A DNA stretch of 64,000 bases from Eledone cirrhosa. Taxonomy: Eukaryota. The notes beneath the pieces are model-generated. The model was given only the letters and a program-made list of their open reading frames with translations, was not told the origin of the DNA and searched no databases. Below, in pieces: positions 32,330 to 46,315 of the stretch (within the stretch, counting starts at the first letter, position 1; each line of letters opens with the position of its first letter). The stretch is taken from assembly GCA_964016885.1 (NCBI GenBank), contig OZ024757.1, positions 6,882,001 to 6,946,000 on the forward strand, in the 5' to 3' direction. The position numbers and the translations under genes were made by a program.

Positions 32330-35300
32330 ATAATAATAATAATAATGAAATGATTGTGTACAGTGCTCAGGTGCACTACAACTCATCAAAGGTGCATGTA
32401 TAGTACATAGAATAATGTACAAATGTCAGGAAAATAAACAGTGTATGAGTCATGATATAATAACAATAACAATAATGAAATATTGTGCACAGTGCCCAGG
32501 TGCACCACAACCCATCAAAAAAGTGCATGTACAGTACATAGGGCAATGCACAAACATCAGTAAAATGAACAGTGCACACATGTGTGCATGTGTATGGAAG
32601 GGGCACATCAGGTGTAGTTTTGGCGTATTTCGGGAAGCATGAGTGTCTTAAAGGATGCAGTGTCTCGGCAGCTAACAATTGACGCAGGCAGTTTGTTCCA
32701 TGTTTCAGCAACTCTGAGCGTGAAAAAATGTCTGCGAAAGTCATGGGAGCTGTGCTGTTTTCTTATCTTGTAGGCATGTCCACGTGTGTTAGACACATGG
32801 AGATCAAAGAGGCGCTCAGGGTTGCAGTTGGCGAGATGGTTAAAAACTTTGTGGGTATTCACCAAGTCCACTGCCAGATGTCGGAGCTTCAATGAATCCA
32901 TGCCCAGGGAAGCAAGGCGTTCAGAGTATGGTAGGTGTCTGATGGAGGGTATGCGCTTGGTTGCACGTCTCTGAACAGTTTCCAGGAGGTCAATGTTCCG
33001 AGCAAGATAGGGGTTCCAGACTGATGATGCGAATTCCAAGTGTGGTCGCACCATAGCTGTATACAGTTTTAAATAGATGGCTGGAGAGCGGCTAACAAAA
33101 GTCTTGCTGAGTGATGCCAAGACACCCTCGGCCTTCTTGACAATCTTAGAGACATGCTTTGTCCAACGCAAATCGTTGCCGACAGTAATGCCCAGGTCAC
33201 GTTCACAAGAGGACTTTTTGATGTCAGTGTTGTGGAGGGAGTATGTGGACGCTGGATTTTTCCTTCCAAAATGCATGGTGGTACACTTGTCCACAGCCAG
33301 CTTCAGTTGCCAGTCTGTGATCCATTGCTGCATTGTGTCCAGGTCTGATTTTAGGAAAGAGTTGTAAATTTCAGGATCAGTCCTTTTGATTTCAAGGTAC
33401 AGCTTGATGTCATCTGCATATTTTAGTACCGTGGCATTCTGTAAGTTGGCATCTATGTCATTAATATATGCCACAAACAAAAGAGGACCAAGAACAGATC
33501 CCTGTGGTACACCAGATGACATCTCATATGGTGAAGAATGCTGTCCTAGAACCGTGACTACTTTCCTTCGGCTGAGAATGAAGGATTTCAGCCAGTCGAA
33601 AAGATCATCCCTCACACCCATTGCAGAGAGTTTTGCCATAAGTCTTTTGTGTGGCACAGAATTAAAAGCCTTAGCAAAGTCAAGGTAAACAACATCCACC
33701 CATGAGCCGCTGTCAGTGATCCGGGTGATGTCCTCAAGGAACTCGATAAGCTGATCACAGCAGCTGGAGTTAGGGATAAATCCAAACTGTGAGGGCCGGA
33801 TGAGGCTGTGAGAGCTCCAGAAGTTCCAAAGTGTTTCTCTGACACAGGATTCCATCAGTTTGGCCATACAGCTAGTAAGACTGACTGGACGATAGTTGAC
33901 AGGTGACATGCGGTTGCCCTTTTTGAACAGGGGAATGACACTGGCAGTTTTCCACTGCTCCGGAGTAGCACCATTGCTGAGACAGTATTGAAAGAAAAAA
34001 GAAAGCTGGCGCAAAAGGAAATCCCCGCCACGTTTGAGAAGCAGGTATGTCACACCATCAAGACCAGGGGAGGCATAGTTGTGCTTATTCTTAAGGTGAC
34101 GTCGCAACATTGCAGGTGTAAATTCCATAGTTGTTATGGAATTTGATGTTAGAGATGGTGGAGATGGTACATTCTGGTTTTCAACAGTAAAAATACTTGC
34201 ATAGCACTCAGCAATGAGTTCTGCGCATTCCTTGGGATCGTCAGTGATCTGGCTTGTGTGGGGATTGCGAAGAGGACCAACTGGAGAGTGAGGTCTCTGC
34301 TTTGAATGAACATATTTCCAGAACACCTTACTGTCAGGATTGGTTGCGATGCACTGTTCAAATTCAAGCACTGCCTTCTTTGTCACTTGCTTGAGATGGT
34401 TAGAAGATTTATTCCGCTTTTTTCTGTTGGCATCTGATCTATGCAGTTTATATTCCCGTTCAGCGTTCCGACGTTCTTTCCTGGCAAGTCGGACTGCTGA
34501 AGTTTCCCAAATTGCACTTTTGGGGTGGTTTTTTTCTGCTTACGTGACACCGATGCTGCACACGCTATCCATATTGAGTCCAGGATGCTCTGGAGTATAG
34601 TGTTCACATCTCCAGAGTTATACATCTCATGCCAGTTTGGGCGCTGTAGCTCAGTGCAGTACAAGTTCCAATCTGCTTTATTCCAATCAAAGCAAGCAGA
34701 TTGGAGATGGCTCTGGTTTTTGTTGCTGCCCGCAAGAGCCAGATTGGCAATGATCATAGCATGATCAGATTCGCCTAGAGGTTTCTCAGTAGTACAACTG
34801 ATAACCACTTCAGGAGAGTGTTGAAGATCAGGTCCAAAGTGTTGTCACCTCTTGTTGGAGAGGTGACTACTTGTGACCAGTTTGAGTCCAGCACTAGTTC
34901 AAGGATATCGTTTGCACTTTGTGGCCAACGAAAGGTTTCCCAATCGATCTCACGATGATTGAAGTCACCTGCAATAAACACATAAGTGGCTGTTTTCTTG
35001 GCAGCAACTCTGAGGATATCGCAAAGCTGTGTGTCCTGATGGTAGTTTGGGGGGCGATAAACAATACCAAGCAGAAGTATTGACATGGTCATACGTAGGT
35101 CACAAAAAAAAACTTCTTCTTGTAATTCGTTCAAATCAACACAAGGAATTACCAAAAAGATTGAACGAACGTAGACCATCACACCACCACCACGGCGATT
35201 AATGCGGTCCTTGCAGAAAAGGTTGTACCCAGTAATGCTGAAAACCCCATCACAGAGTAAGGAATGTGCCCATGTTTCCGTGACTGTGATGAAGTCAGGG

Positions 35301-35375
35301 TCGATGCTTCTGACGTAGGAGTTAAACAGATGTATCTTGTTGCATAAACTGCAAGCATTTAAGGACAACTACCCT

Positions 35376-35380
<5 letters not shown>
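32330..35380 (-). mobile_element. CR1-clade LINE ORF2 (APE endonuclease + RT), frameshifted, RT portion open for 592 aa
   Basis: ITVTETW, RRGGGV, VYRPP, AGDFN, LDLIF, SDH (EN); YRPVSLTS, QFGF, YLDFAKAFNSVPH, SGVPQGSVLGPLLF, YADD (RT); duplicated 3' tail with (AAT)n. Confidence 0.95.
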
Positions 35381-35440
<60 letters not shown>

Positions 35441-35479
35441 CAGACACACATATGTATATTTATTTTCTTCTTTCCAGAG

Positions 35480-35779
35480 TGTGTCTGTATATTTGTGTGT
35501 TTCACATTTCACAGTGATGGGGTTTATCACTAGTGTTGACTACATTTGTGAACAACCAGCGAAGTAATCCATGGGAAGGATTTCTCATATTTCACAATGG
35601 AAGGGTTTTTCTCCAGTGTGACTCCGTATGTGGATGACAAGATTAGAATTATAAGTGAAAGATTTCCCACATATTTCACAGTGGAAGGGTTTTTCTCTAC
35701 TGTGTATTTTCTCGTGTGAGGATAGTTTCAGTCTTGAAGAGAAAGTTTTCCTACAAATCTCACAGCTATATTCAGACAT
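35480..35779 (-). pseudogene. Truncated C2H2 zinc-finger paralogue (subfamily A)
   Basis: [13 protein letters not shown]..., two fingers, stop in the third; flanks 35460-36697 are collinear with 43575-45270. Confidence 0.85.
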
Positions 35780-36024
35780 ATTTCTACCTAGTTATCTTTA
35801 AATACAGGATTCTCACCACTTCTACTCATACATTAAGATATGTAGATATGGTTAATAGTTACCATGTAGTCTAATATACAAAGGGTCCATAAAAGACTGC
35901 AGAACTCCGCTTTCTTCTTCTACAAAGTTGTAATGTAGCATTCAGTTGGTACAAGTAATAAGACAACTGACAGCGTAAGACTGATCTTGGATGAAGAAAA
36001 GGCAAGTGCCTATATATGTATATG

Positions 36025-36235
36025 ATGATGATGATGATGATATCATCATCATCATCATCACCGTTTTACGTCCATTCCTCCACGCTAGCATAGGTTAGAC
36101 GGGTTGTCCTGTTGTGGGCAGTGTCCGGTCAGCTGACCTTGTCTTGCTCATATGGGAACTGATTCTGGCTTGATTTCTACAGCTGGATGCCCTTTCTAAC
36201 ACCAACCTCATTTACAGTGAGTGCTAGGTGCTTTA
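36025..36235 (-). mobile_element. RTE 3'-tail / RTE-related SINE fragment in the ZNF intron
   Basis: CAGCTGGATGCCCTT...AACACCAACC and (CAT)n tail; absent from the paralogue near 44810. Confidence 0.7.
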
Positions 36236-36420
36236 TATATATATGATTCTTGTGGAGTATTCCACTATTATTTTTGTTAAAGTGAGAGAAGCTCTATTCA
36301 CAGTAAAATCCTCAGCTCATAAAACAGATGAATAAGACTTATATAGTTAAGGTTCTTGTTATTGAGGACAGTTCAGGTGACAAGAGAATTAATATCCATA
36401 ATTTCAAAAGACGAATGTTA

Positions 36421-36451
<31 letters not shown>

Positions 36452-36600
36452 CATACAGTGTTTACGTATGAGAGAGAGAAATAAATAGGTGTGTGTGTGT
36501 AGAAATATGTGTGTAGGTGTTGTAATAAATCAAGATATTTCACTTCAGATAGAAAAGTTCACAATGTTTGTGTTGTGGTGGAAAACGAAATAATACGTAC

Positions 36601-36689
36601 TTTAGTTGTCAAGACCAAATATAAAGTCAAGAAAAGTTAGTAAAAACTAAATGTTCACTGATTTCTGATTAAAAAAACATTTTCCTGTC
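36601..36689 (-). other. 89-nt candidate 5' non-coding exon of the ZNF cassette
   Basis: Acceptor TTTTACAG and donor GTACGT on minus. Confidence 0.55.
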
Positions 36690-36697
36690 CTGTAAAA

Positions 36698-37020
36698 TGA
36701 TCAGATGGCAGAAGTTGGGCAGTCTGCTGTTTCTTGTTATGTAATTCTACTGGAATCTCTTCAGGAGCCTTCGAGATGTTGGTCCAGGCAGTGTTGATCT
36801 GGTTCTCTATCAGTGTGGGTGTAATTCCAGTGATGTCCGAGTAGAGACTGTCATAGTTGAGATGTTGGTGGGCTCGGTTGTTGTAGGCCTCTCTAGTAAT
36901 AACACAACACTCTTTTCCCTTGTCCGATGAGAGGTATACAAGGTTCTTTGATCTGAGGTTAACTTAGGGTAGCGAGTTGTGGTCTGGAGGTGAAAGCAGT
37001 GATTCTTTGCTTAAACTTTA
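36698..37020 (-). mobile_element. Penelope-like element reverse-transcriptase N-terminal fragment
   Basis: Manual translation: NLRSKNLVYLSSDKGKECCVITREAYNNRAHQHLNYDSLY, then after a frameshift NSRLPNFCHLI; matches the PLE DKG motif and the start of the P-x-FY-x-L-x-K-x-HK motif. Confidence 0.8.
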
Positions 37021-37154
37021 ATCTGTTATAATATATATATAACCAAGTGAAAAGATATATACATATATCTTTTCACTTGAGTATATATATGTATATATAT
37101 ATATATACAGAGAGAGAAAGAGCCAAATATCGTATAGGATATATGATATATAGG

Positions 37155-37250
37155 TCTTTCTCTCTCTCTATATATATATATATATCTGTATTTGGTTGTT
37201 ATGTCTCTCTCTCTATATATATATATATATCTTTGTATTTGGTTGTTATG

Positions 37251-37291
<41 letters not shown>

Positions 37292-37311
37292 CTTTATATT
37301 TGGTTGTTATG

Positions 37312-37354
<43 letters not shown>

Positions 37355-37374
37355 CTTTATATTTGGTTGTTATG

Positions 37375-37406
<32 letters not shown>

Positions 37407-37435
37407 CACATATATCTTTGTAATTGGTTGTTATG

Positions 37436-37474
<39 letters not shown>

Positions 37475-37529
37475 CTTTGTATGTGGTTGTTATGTCTCTC
37501 TCTCTTGCTCTATATATATATTTGGTTGT

Positions 37530-37593
<64 letters not shown>

Positions 37594-37615
37594 TCTTTGT
37601 ATTTGGTTGTTATGG
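37155..37615. repeat. Compound minisatellite TATTTGGTTGTTATG(TC)n(TA)n, ~8 units
   Basis: Direct reading. Confidence 0.92.
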
Positions 37616-37711
37616 CTCTAGATAAAGTCTATTGAGCCTCCTTATTGAGAAACACAAACATATTTGATGTGTTATATACTCAAATAATGAATCAAAACAC
37701 ATCAAATGTAG

Positions 37712-37960
37712 ATTGGCAGTATTGGTAGAGGGTCGGACGCCATGCTTTGACGTATAGAGTTACGGCCCTTTCCATTCTGAGTTCAAATCCCGCCGAGGTC
37801 AACTTTGCCTTTCATCCTTACGGGGTCAATAAAATAAAGTACCAGTAATGTACTGGGTAATTGCTGGCCTTGTGCCTAACGTAGAAACAATTATATATAT
37901 ATAGTACCAGTAATACGCTGGAATAATTGCTGGCCTTGTGCCAAAAGTAGAAACAATTAT
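37712..37960 (+). mobile_element. tRNA-head SINE with duplicated 3' tail
   Basis: Full copy 37712-37893, tail repeated at 37903-37960. Confidence 0.85.
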
Positions 37961-38689
37961 TTGAGTATATATATATATATATATATACCTGGTGGTCATT
38001 GATCTGTCCAGTTCGTTTGTCTACCAACATATCAGTAAAAAATTATACATTTTCTCTGTATTTTCTCTAAGGAGAACATGTGTTGCTTCCTGTTATACAT
38101 AAAACTTTGATCTTCGAAATATATATAATGAAATAAATAGAGATGCTATAAAGTATATATCTTCCGTTTATTACTAATATATATATATATATATACACAC
38201 ACATATATATGCCATTGTAGTTTATTGTAACGACAGGAAAACCTTTAATTATAAGTTTACCTGACCATACCAACCTGGGACTTAATTTAAGCCAGGCGGT
38301 GTTGTCTCCCTTAGCACTAATCACTGAATTAATATCCAGTAACGTCTGGTTTTCTTCTAGGTTTAGTTAAGCCTTTATCATTAACGTTACTCTATATTTA
38401 CTATTATATTTTCCCAGTAAACATAATTATCTCACAAAATATTGAATCTATGAGATTTTGACATTATTTATTTTGGGAACAATACCTTAACATCAGCATG
38501 AGCGGCTTGTTAGTGCCAGTTAGACAGGAAAATGTCAAAGAATTCTGGCCGGATATGGACGGTTTAAATATATAACAGCTCTATTGAAACACTACTGTGT
38601 TGTTCTGAGATGATTTCAGTAGAATTTCAAATGGTAGAAGGACAAATATATTCTACATTTACTTTAATATAGATTTAAACAAAGATGGT

Positions 38690-39175
38690 AGAATGACAGA
38701 ATTGGTAGAGTGTCAGATAACCTACCATTGCAGTATTTGTCCTGGTTTTTAACATTCTGAGTTCAAATCCCACTGAAGTAAATTTTATATTTTATTCTTC
38801 TAGGCTGGATAAAATATATTATATGTACTACGGTTGATTTAATAAACTTTGCCCTTCCCTCAAAATTGGTGGTCTTGAGCCTAATTTACAAATCAATAGA
38901 GATTTAACAAGTTTGTTGCTTCAATTTCTCAAAACACTTTTATTTAGTGTGGCTAGTGCAGTAAATTGGCAGTAATCGGTAGAGCACCAGACAACAAGCT
39001 TTGCATCATATAGTTATGTCCTGTTACATTCTGAGTTCAAATCATGCGGAGAGTAGCTTTCCCTTTCATCCATACGGGGTTGATAAAATAAAGTACCAGT
39101 AATACACTGAGGTTGATTTAACTTTCCCCACGCTCAATATTATTGGGCCTGTGCCTACATCAAATACCATTATTT
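38690..39175 (+). mobile_element. Two older SINE copies (38690-38896, 38964-39175)
   Basis: TCTGAGTTCAAATC B box and diverged core. Confidence 0.75.
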
Positions 39176-40129
39176 ACTGTGTCTAACAACACTCAGTAAC
39201 CTATACTATCACTACCCCAATGATACCAGCCAAGACAGTGTCTCAAAATTCTCTCTGGCCTGCAGAAACCCAGGTACCAGTTGCCTCATGCTCCTGGCTA
39301 AGGACAGAATGGAGAAAGGGTTAACCTGGAAGATAGTGAGGGAGATGTGTTGAAGTAGCCATTAAAACCTTTGGGGCCTCACAAGTTTTAAAAACAAGAA
39401 AGTTCAATAGAATTTTAAACATTTCAAATATCAATGAAGTGTTTGTGTTTGATTTATTCTAACTACTTTCAAGATATCATTACTTACGGTGTTCTTAACA
39501 GATATTTAGATGGGAAAATAACAAAAATATGGAATCACAGACTGGACAAATTCCTCAAATGTAACTCTTTACTTAACACAAATAGATTGAATTTCAGGAG
39601 ATAAATATAGTTTATTTAATATGTTATGAAAACCTAATAAATGATTTACGCTAAAAAGACAGAATATAAAAAGCAGGAAAAGACATATACACTCCTTCAA
39701 TTAAATGTGTAAGGAATTGAACTAGGAACAGTTATTTGTAAATTTCTATTTCAACACAATAAAGCACAATAAACTGTAGAAATGTGGAACTGGAGAACTG
39801 TTGATCTGGAGAAATGTTGAACTGAAGAACTGTAAAACTGTAGAACTGATGAACTGAAGAAATGTTGAACTGTTGAACTGAAGAACTAAAGTGAGGATGT
39901 AACAACAGAAATAATTGTGTACTCCAGTAGCTGTAAGGCTGTACTTGAAACCTGTTGGATAAAATTGTGTACCCCAGTTTAGCTGAAGTATAATAGGCCA
40001 AAATATGAGCACACTTGAAACACATAATTGTGATATGATTGGCTGTCATTAAATAATTGAACCATAACGCAGCACTTGTTAAATGACATACAATATGAGT
40101 TCAATATATGATAATGTTGGTGCTGCTTT

Positions 40130-40605
40130 CTAATATTTCTGAGACAAGACACTGACAGCATTAGTTCAGGTGATAGAGGGTCCCTCAATTACACACCACA
40201 ACAGGGAATGTTGGTGTTGACCTCTAACAGATCTGAGACAAGACACTGACAGCATTAATTCAGGTGATAGAGGGTCCCTCAATTACACACCACAACAGGG
40301 AATGTTGGTGTTGACCTCTAACAGATCTGAGACAAGATACAGCATTAGTTCAGGTGATAGAGGGTCCCTCAATCACACATTACAACAGGGAATGTTGGTG
40401 TTGACCTCTAACATATCTGAGACAAGATACAGCATTAGTTCAGGTGATAGAGGGTCCCTCAATCACACATTACAACAGGGAATGTTGGTGTTGACATCTA
40501 ACATATCTGAGACAAGACACAGCATTAGTTCAGGTGATAGAGACAAGACATATCATTACCTCAGATGATAGAGGGTCCCTCAATTACACATTACAACAGG
40601 GAATT
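40130..40605. repeat. 90-94 bp minisatellite, ~5 units
   Basis: Unit starts at 40141, 40235, 40329, 40419, 40509; related 2-3 units at 52495-52715. Confidence 0.92.
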
Positions 40606-40829
40606 TTAGCTGTTACAAACAAAGAAAAAAAGAAAAAGTATTTTGCAATTATATCATTAAAAATGAATCTAGGATGACAAAAGTTAGACATGGAAAGGAT
40701 TTTAATTCCAGTTAAAAACATATTTAAGAAATTGTGTCTGTAGAAGTGTTATGGTTACATTTTTGATGTTGGTGGACAATAAGTTTAGACTGGGAAAAGG
40801 AAGGGTATCTCAGGGTTCACAGTTAAATA

Positions 40830-41065
40830 GTTTTATCACCAGTGTGTGTGTTTCTAAGTTACTGTTAGTCACAAAATATTTCCCACATATTTCACTGGGG
40901 AAGGTCCTTTTTCTGCAGTCTGACTATGTGGCCAACATGAGTAGAATTCTGAATAAAAGATGTCCAACATGTTTCACACTGGAAGTTTCTTTCCTCCAGT
41001 CTGAAGACATATATGTTTATTAAGTACCAAACTATCTGTAAAAGATTTCTCACATTTCTCACATG
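40830..41065 (-). pseudogene. Degenerate C2H2 ZNF remnant (subfamily B)
   Basis: CEKCEKSFTDSLVLNKH, CETCWTSF, EICGKYF with frameshifts; flanks collinear with the 51150-54945 locus. Confidence 0.75.
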
Positions 41066-42399
41066 AAAGGAAATATTTAATCATGTAGCAACACCTACCT
41101 TGAAACATGTAGCTCACTCTATGTTATCTATACAATATTAACTTTCACTTTAACATGAGATAATTACTACATAAAATATAATTAGATTAATTAAAGTTAT
41201 AATTAAGATGGCAGGTACATGGTGTCGTTGACAGTGTTTCCTTTTCCGGATGGTGACATGACTTAAAAGTCCCCTACATAATTTAATACATTCAGAAACA
41301 ACTTCAGTTATATCAATTCACACATTCAATCAATAAGCTAATCTTTATTCAGATTTGTGTAAATAACATTCGGAATTTTATATAACTGTTCATATTAAAC
41401 CAAAATACATTATTAAAGGTAATAAAATATTTAAGAAATGGAAACGAAGAGAAGAAAAAGGAATCAAGCAATGTAACTAATGGAAAGGGACAGACACTAT
41501 ATTCCAGTCTGAGCTGTGATTCAGCCCCACCCTACAGAAACTATATTTGGAAGGAAACCAGAGTAGAGGATGACTAAGAAAGTCAGGGGCAAATGTTGTG
41601 AGAGCCGAACTCAAATCGCAAAAACTGGAAGAGATGAAGGAACGCATCTAGTGGAGAAATGCCATGCTGAGAAGGACCTGTACAACTGTTGCAAGCGTGG
41701 AATAGTAGATATAATGATACACAAAATATACACTATACATATAAAGACTATTTATATAGTGTATGTGCTACATTTACACAATATATACACTATATATAAA
41801 TACTGCATATATAGAGTATATGCTACATATAGACAATATATAAACTATATATATACTACATACACATTATATATAATGTTGTCCAAGGGAATAGCTGAAA
41901 CAACTTGGCACCAATGACATCATAGATCATCATTTAATGTCTACTTTCCCTGCTAGCAAGGGTGGGACAGGTCTTTACAAACCAGGGTGCAGTGGTTATT
42001 CTACAGTCTACTGACTGTATTTTATTGTAGCACCAGTACTAAAGAGGTTGTTATGTCTTTGACAGAACTGAAGGGTCCTACCAAACCTTTGTTTGGCAAG
42101 AAAGTACCATCAACAAATATTAAAGTTATAAAATTGTTTTTATTTACACATAAATGGGGATATTTTGTCATAAATATAAATATAAACCAGTTAGTGTTTG
42201 AAAAATCACACATATAAACACATCAATCTTGTTTTGTTTTTCTTGCACTGATGGAGTCATAGGGGTGTCACTGTGGACATTTGAAGCTTGGTGGAGCCCT
42301 TCACTCACCAGGTTGGAACAGATGATTTCTTCCAGAGAAGGAGAGAGAATGAGAGAGAGGAAGTGAGAAAGAAATATAAGGAGGAAGAACAGACCCCAG

Positions 42400-42722
42400 T
42401 GGCAGACTGGTACTTTTTTGTTATCAACCTTGAATGGATGAAAGGCAAAGTTGACCTCAGCAGGATTTAAACCCAGAGAGCAGAGAACCAGAACAAATAT
42501 GGCAGAAAGCATTCCATCCATTGTTTTATAGACTTTAAATAAATGTTTCTACTTTTAACTCAACCCCAGTGCATTACTGGTACTTTATTTTACTGAACCT
42601 CTGAGGAAGAAGAGTAAAGCTAACCTCAGCATGATTTTAATACAGAACGTAAAGGGATATAACTATATGACACAAAGCATATCGTCTGACACTCTACTGA
42701 TTCTGCCAATCCACCACCATCA
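42400..42722 (-). mobile_element. Two old SINE fragments
   Basis: GGATGAAAGGCAAAGTTGACCTCAGCAGGATTT and CTCTACTGATTCTGCCAATCCACC. Confidence 0.7.
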
Positions 42723-43104
42723 CCAATAAAATAAGATTGTGTCTCTATAAGAAACCTTAATAACAAATATGAAGTAGAACATTTTACAGGGTGTATTTGT
42801 GGATTACAATACAAAACCTGAGAATAATTTCCAACATATTTCACCATAATAAATGTTCATTAATATATATTATTTCGTGGCATTCTTGAGATCATTAATC
42901 CCTACCTGAACATCCCTAGACATCTGATCTATGTAGGTCATTTTCAGTCATCTCACTAGGGTCTTACTATGTTTAGGTATCCACCACAGGAGCCAGCTCA
43001 TCAGGTCATCCCTTCATTGGTAGGAATGTCTGGCATATCTTGTCCTTCGCTCCCTAGTTATTGTAGTAATCTTCAATATATGGCATTTGATAGAGTATAT
43101 ATAT

Positions 43105-43545
43105 ATAGATGCATATGAAGGATGACAGCTGCATTAAAAGGTGCAGAGCACTAAATGTCGCTGGAAGCCTTGGAGTGGGGAGATCCAGGAAGACCCGGGA
43201 TGAGGTGATAAAAGCTGAACTTGCCCAATTGCACCTCTCAAAAGCGATGACGCAGGACGGTGCCCTATGGCATCATGCAGTAATACAGAAGACCTGACTT
43301 CACACGGCTACAAGCCGAAGCTGAAGCATATAGACAAATATGTCCCCATCCCCACCCACTGCAAAGTGGTCAACAAAAAAGCCCCCAGAGTAAAGTGGCT
43401 GTGTAGGCACCATGGTAAAAAAAGCACCTAGCACACACAGTAAATGAGGTTTTGTGTTAAGAAGGACATCAAGCTGTAGAAATCAAGCCAAAATCAGTTC
43501 CCGTACGAGCAAGATGAGGTCTCATGACGTAAAACGGTGATAATA
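43105..43545 (+). mobile_element. RTE LINE 3' end
   Basis: MKDDSCIKRCR...GRSRKTRDEVIKA followed by RTE 3' UTR. Confidence 0.8.
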
Positions 43546-43642
43546 AGTATAAGATAAGGATTTTTCAAGCTTCACATTTTATATTCTTCCTTCCAGAGTG
43601 TGTCTGTATAGTTGTGTGTTTCACATTTCACAGTGATGGGGT

Positions 43643-44571
<929 letters not shown>

Positions 44572-45173
44572 ATTTCTAGCTAGAGATCTTTACATAAAGG
44601 AGTCTCACCACTTTTACTGATACATTAAGAAATGTAGATATTGTTAAGATGATGCCATGTATTCTAATATACAGAGTGTCCATAAAAGACTGCAGAAGTC
44701 TGCTTTCTTCTTCTACAAGTTGTAATGTAGCATTTAGTTGGTACAAGTAATAAGACATATGTCAGTGTAAGACTGATCTTGGATGAAGAAAAGGCAAGTG
44801 CTTATATATATGTGTGTGTGAGTGTGATTATTGTGGAATATACCACTATTATTATTGTTAAGTTGAGAGAAGCTCTATTCACAATAAAATCCTCAGTTCA
44901 TAAAACAGACGAATAAGACTTCTATAGTTAAGGTTCTTGTTATTGGGGACAGTTCAGGTCAGAAGAGAATTAATATCCATAATTTCAAAAGATGAAGGTT
45001 AATATATGTACATATATATATATACAGACATACAGTGTGTAGGTATGAGAGAGAGAAATAGATGTGTGTGTGTAGAAATATGTGTGTAGGTGTTGTAATA
45101 AATCAAGATATTTCACTTCAGATAGAAAAGTTCACAATGTTTGTGTTGAGGTGGAAAAGGAAATAATACGTAC

Positions 45174-45262
45174 TTTAGTTGTCAAGACCAGATATAAAGT
45201 CAAGAAAAGTTAGTAAAAACTAAATGTTCACTGATTTCTGATTAAAATAATATTTTCCTGTC
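45174..45262 (-). other. 89-nt candidate 5' non-coding exon of the ZNF cassette
   Basis: Acceptor TTTTACAG and donor GTACGT on minus, about 600 nt upstream of the ATG. Confidence 0.6.
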
Positions 45263-45654
45263 CTGTAAAATGTTGAACAACCCCTTCAATATTTAATAAT
45301 ACAGGTGATAAAACAACAACTATAAGGTAAATAAGTCACCTTATGTTATTTACAAACATTAACGTCCACCTTAATATGAAATAATCACCATAAAAGATAA
45401 AATTAGATGAGGTTTAAGTTGTAACAATGGAGCTGATATAAATGGTAATATTTCACCGTCTAGTTGACACCGGTGTCATGACTTAAAAGTCCCCTACATA
45501 ATTTAATACATTCAGAAACAACTTCCGTTATATGAACTTGCAGAAAACCACTCGAAGGTAGCATGTGTAGTGTGTATATTGATATTATACGCAAGTATAT
45601 ATATATATACATGTAGATATGATACATCAAATAAAATCATAATTTACAATATAT

Positions 45655-45843
45655 AATTGTTTCTACGTTAGGCACAAGGCCAGCAAATACCCTGTGCATT
45701 ACTGGTACTTTATGTTATCGACCCCGTAAGGATGAAAGGCAAAGTTAACCTCTGTGGGATTTGAACTCAGAATGGTAAGGGCCGTAACTCTATGCGTCAA
45801 AGCATGGCGTCCGACCCTCTACCAATACTGCCAATCCACCGCC
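45655..45843 (-). mobile_element. tRNA-head SINE
   Basis: Family match. Confidence 0.85.
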
Positions 45844-46132
45844 TTGACAATATATAATACACAGAAATTGAACGAAGACTGTGTTACACTGTCTTATGTA
45901 ATCAGTAACGTAATCCATGATACATTAAAAAAGACGATATTATATATAAACTGCATTAGGAGAAAATTAGTGACAGAAAATTAATAGTTTATTGAAGTGA
46001 TGGCCAACCGGAAGTGTAGACATTTCAGAAATTTTAAAGAAGTGAATCTTTAAATAAACAAAATATATTTAATCAACAGCCACGAAATTTAGTAGATAAA
46101 TTATGTAATATTCATTCATTATTTATTCAAAG

Positions 46133-46315
46133 GGCGGTGAATTGGCAGTATCGGTAGAGGGTCGGACATGCTTTCCAGCATAGTTACGTCCCTTTACGAT
46201 CTGAGTTCAAATCCCACCGAGGTTAACTTTGCCTTTCATCCTTACGGGGTCGATAAAATAAAGTACCAGTAATGCACTAGGTTTTTGCTGGCCTTGTGCC
46301 TAAAGTAGAAACAAT
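46133..46315 (+). mobile_element. tRNA-head SINE with TSD
   Basis: Flanked by direct repeat ATTATTTATTCAAAG. Confidence 0.9.
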
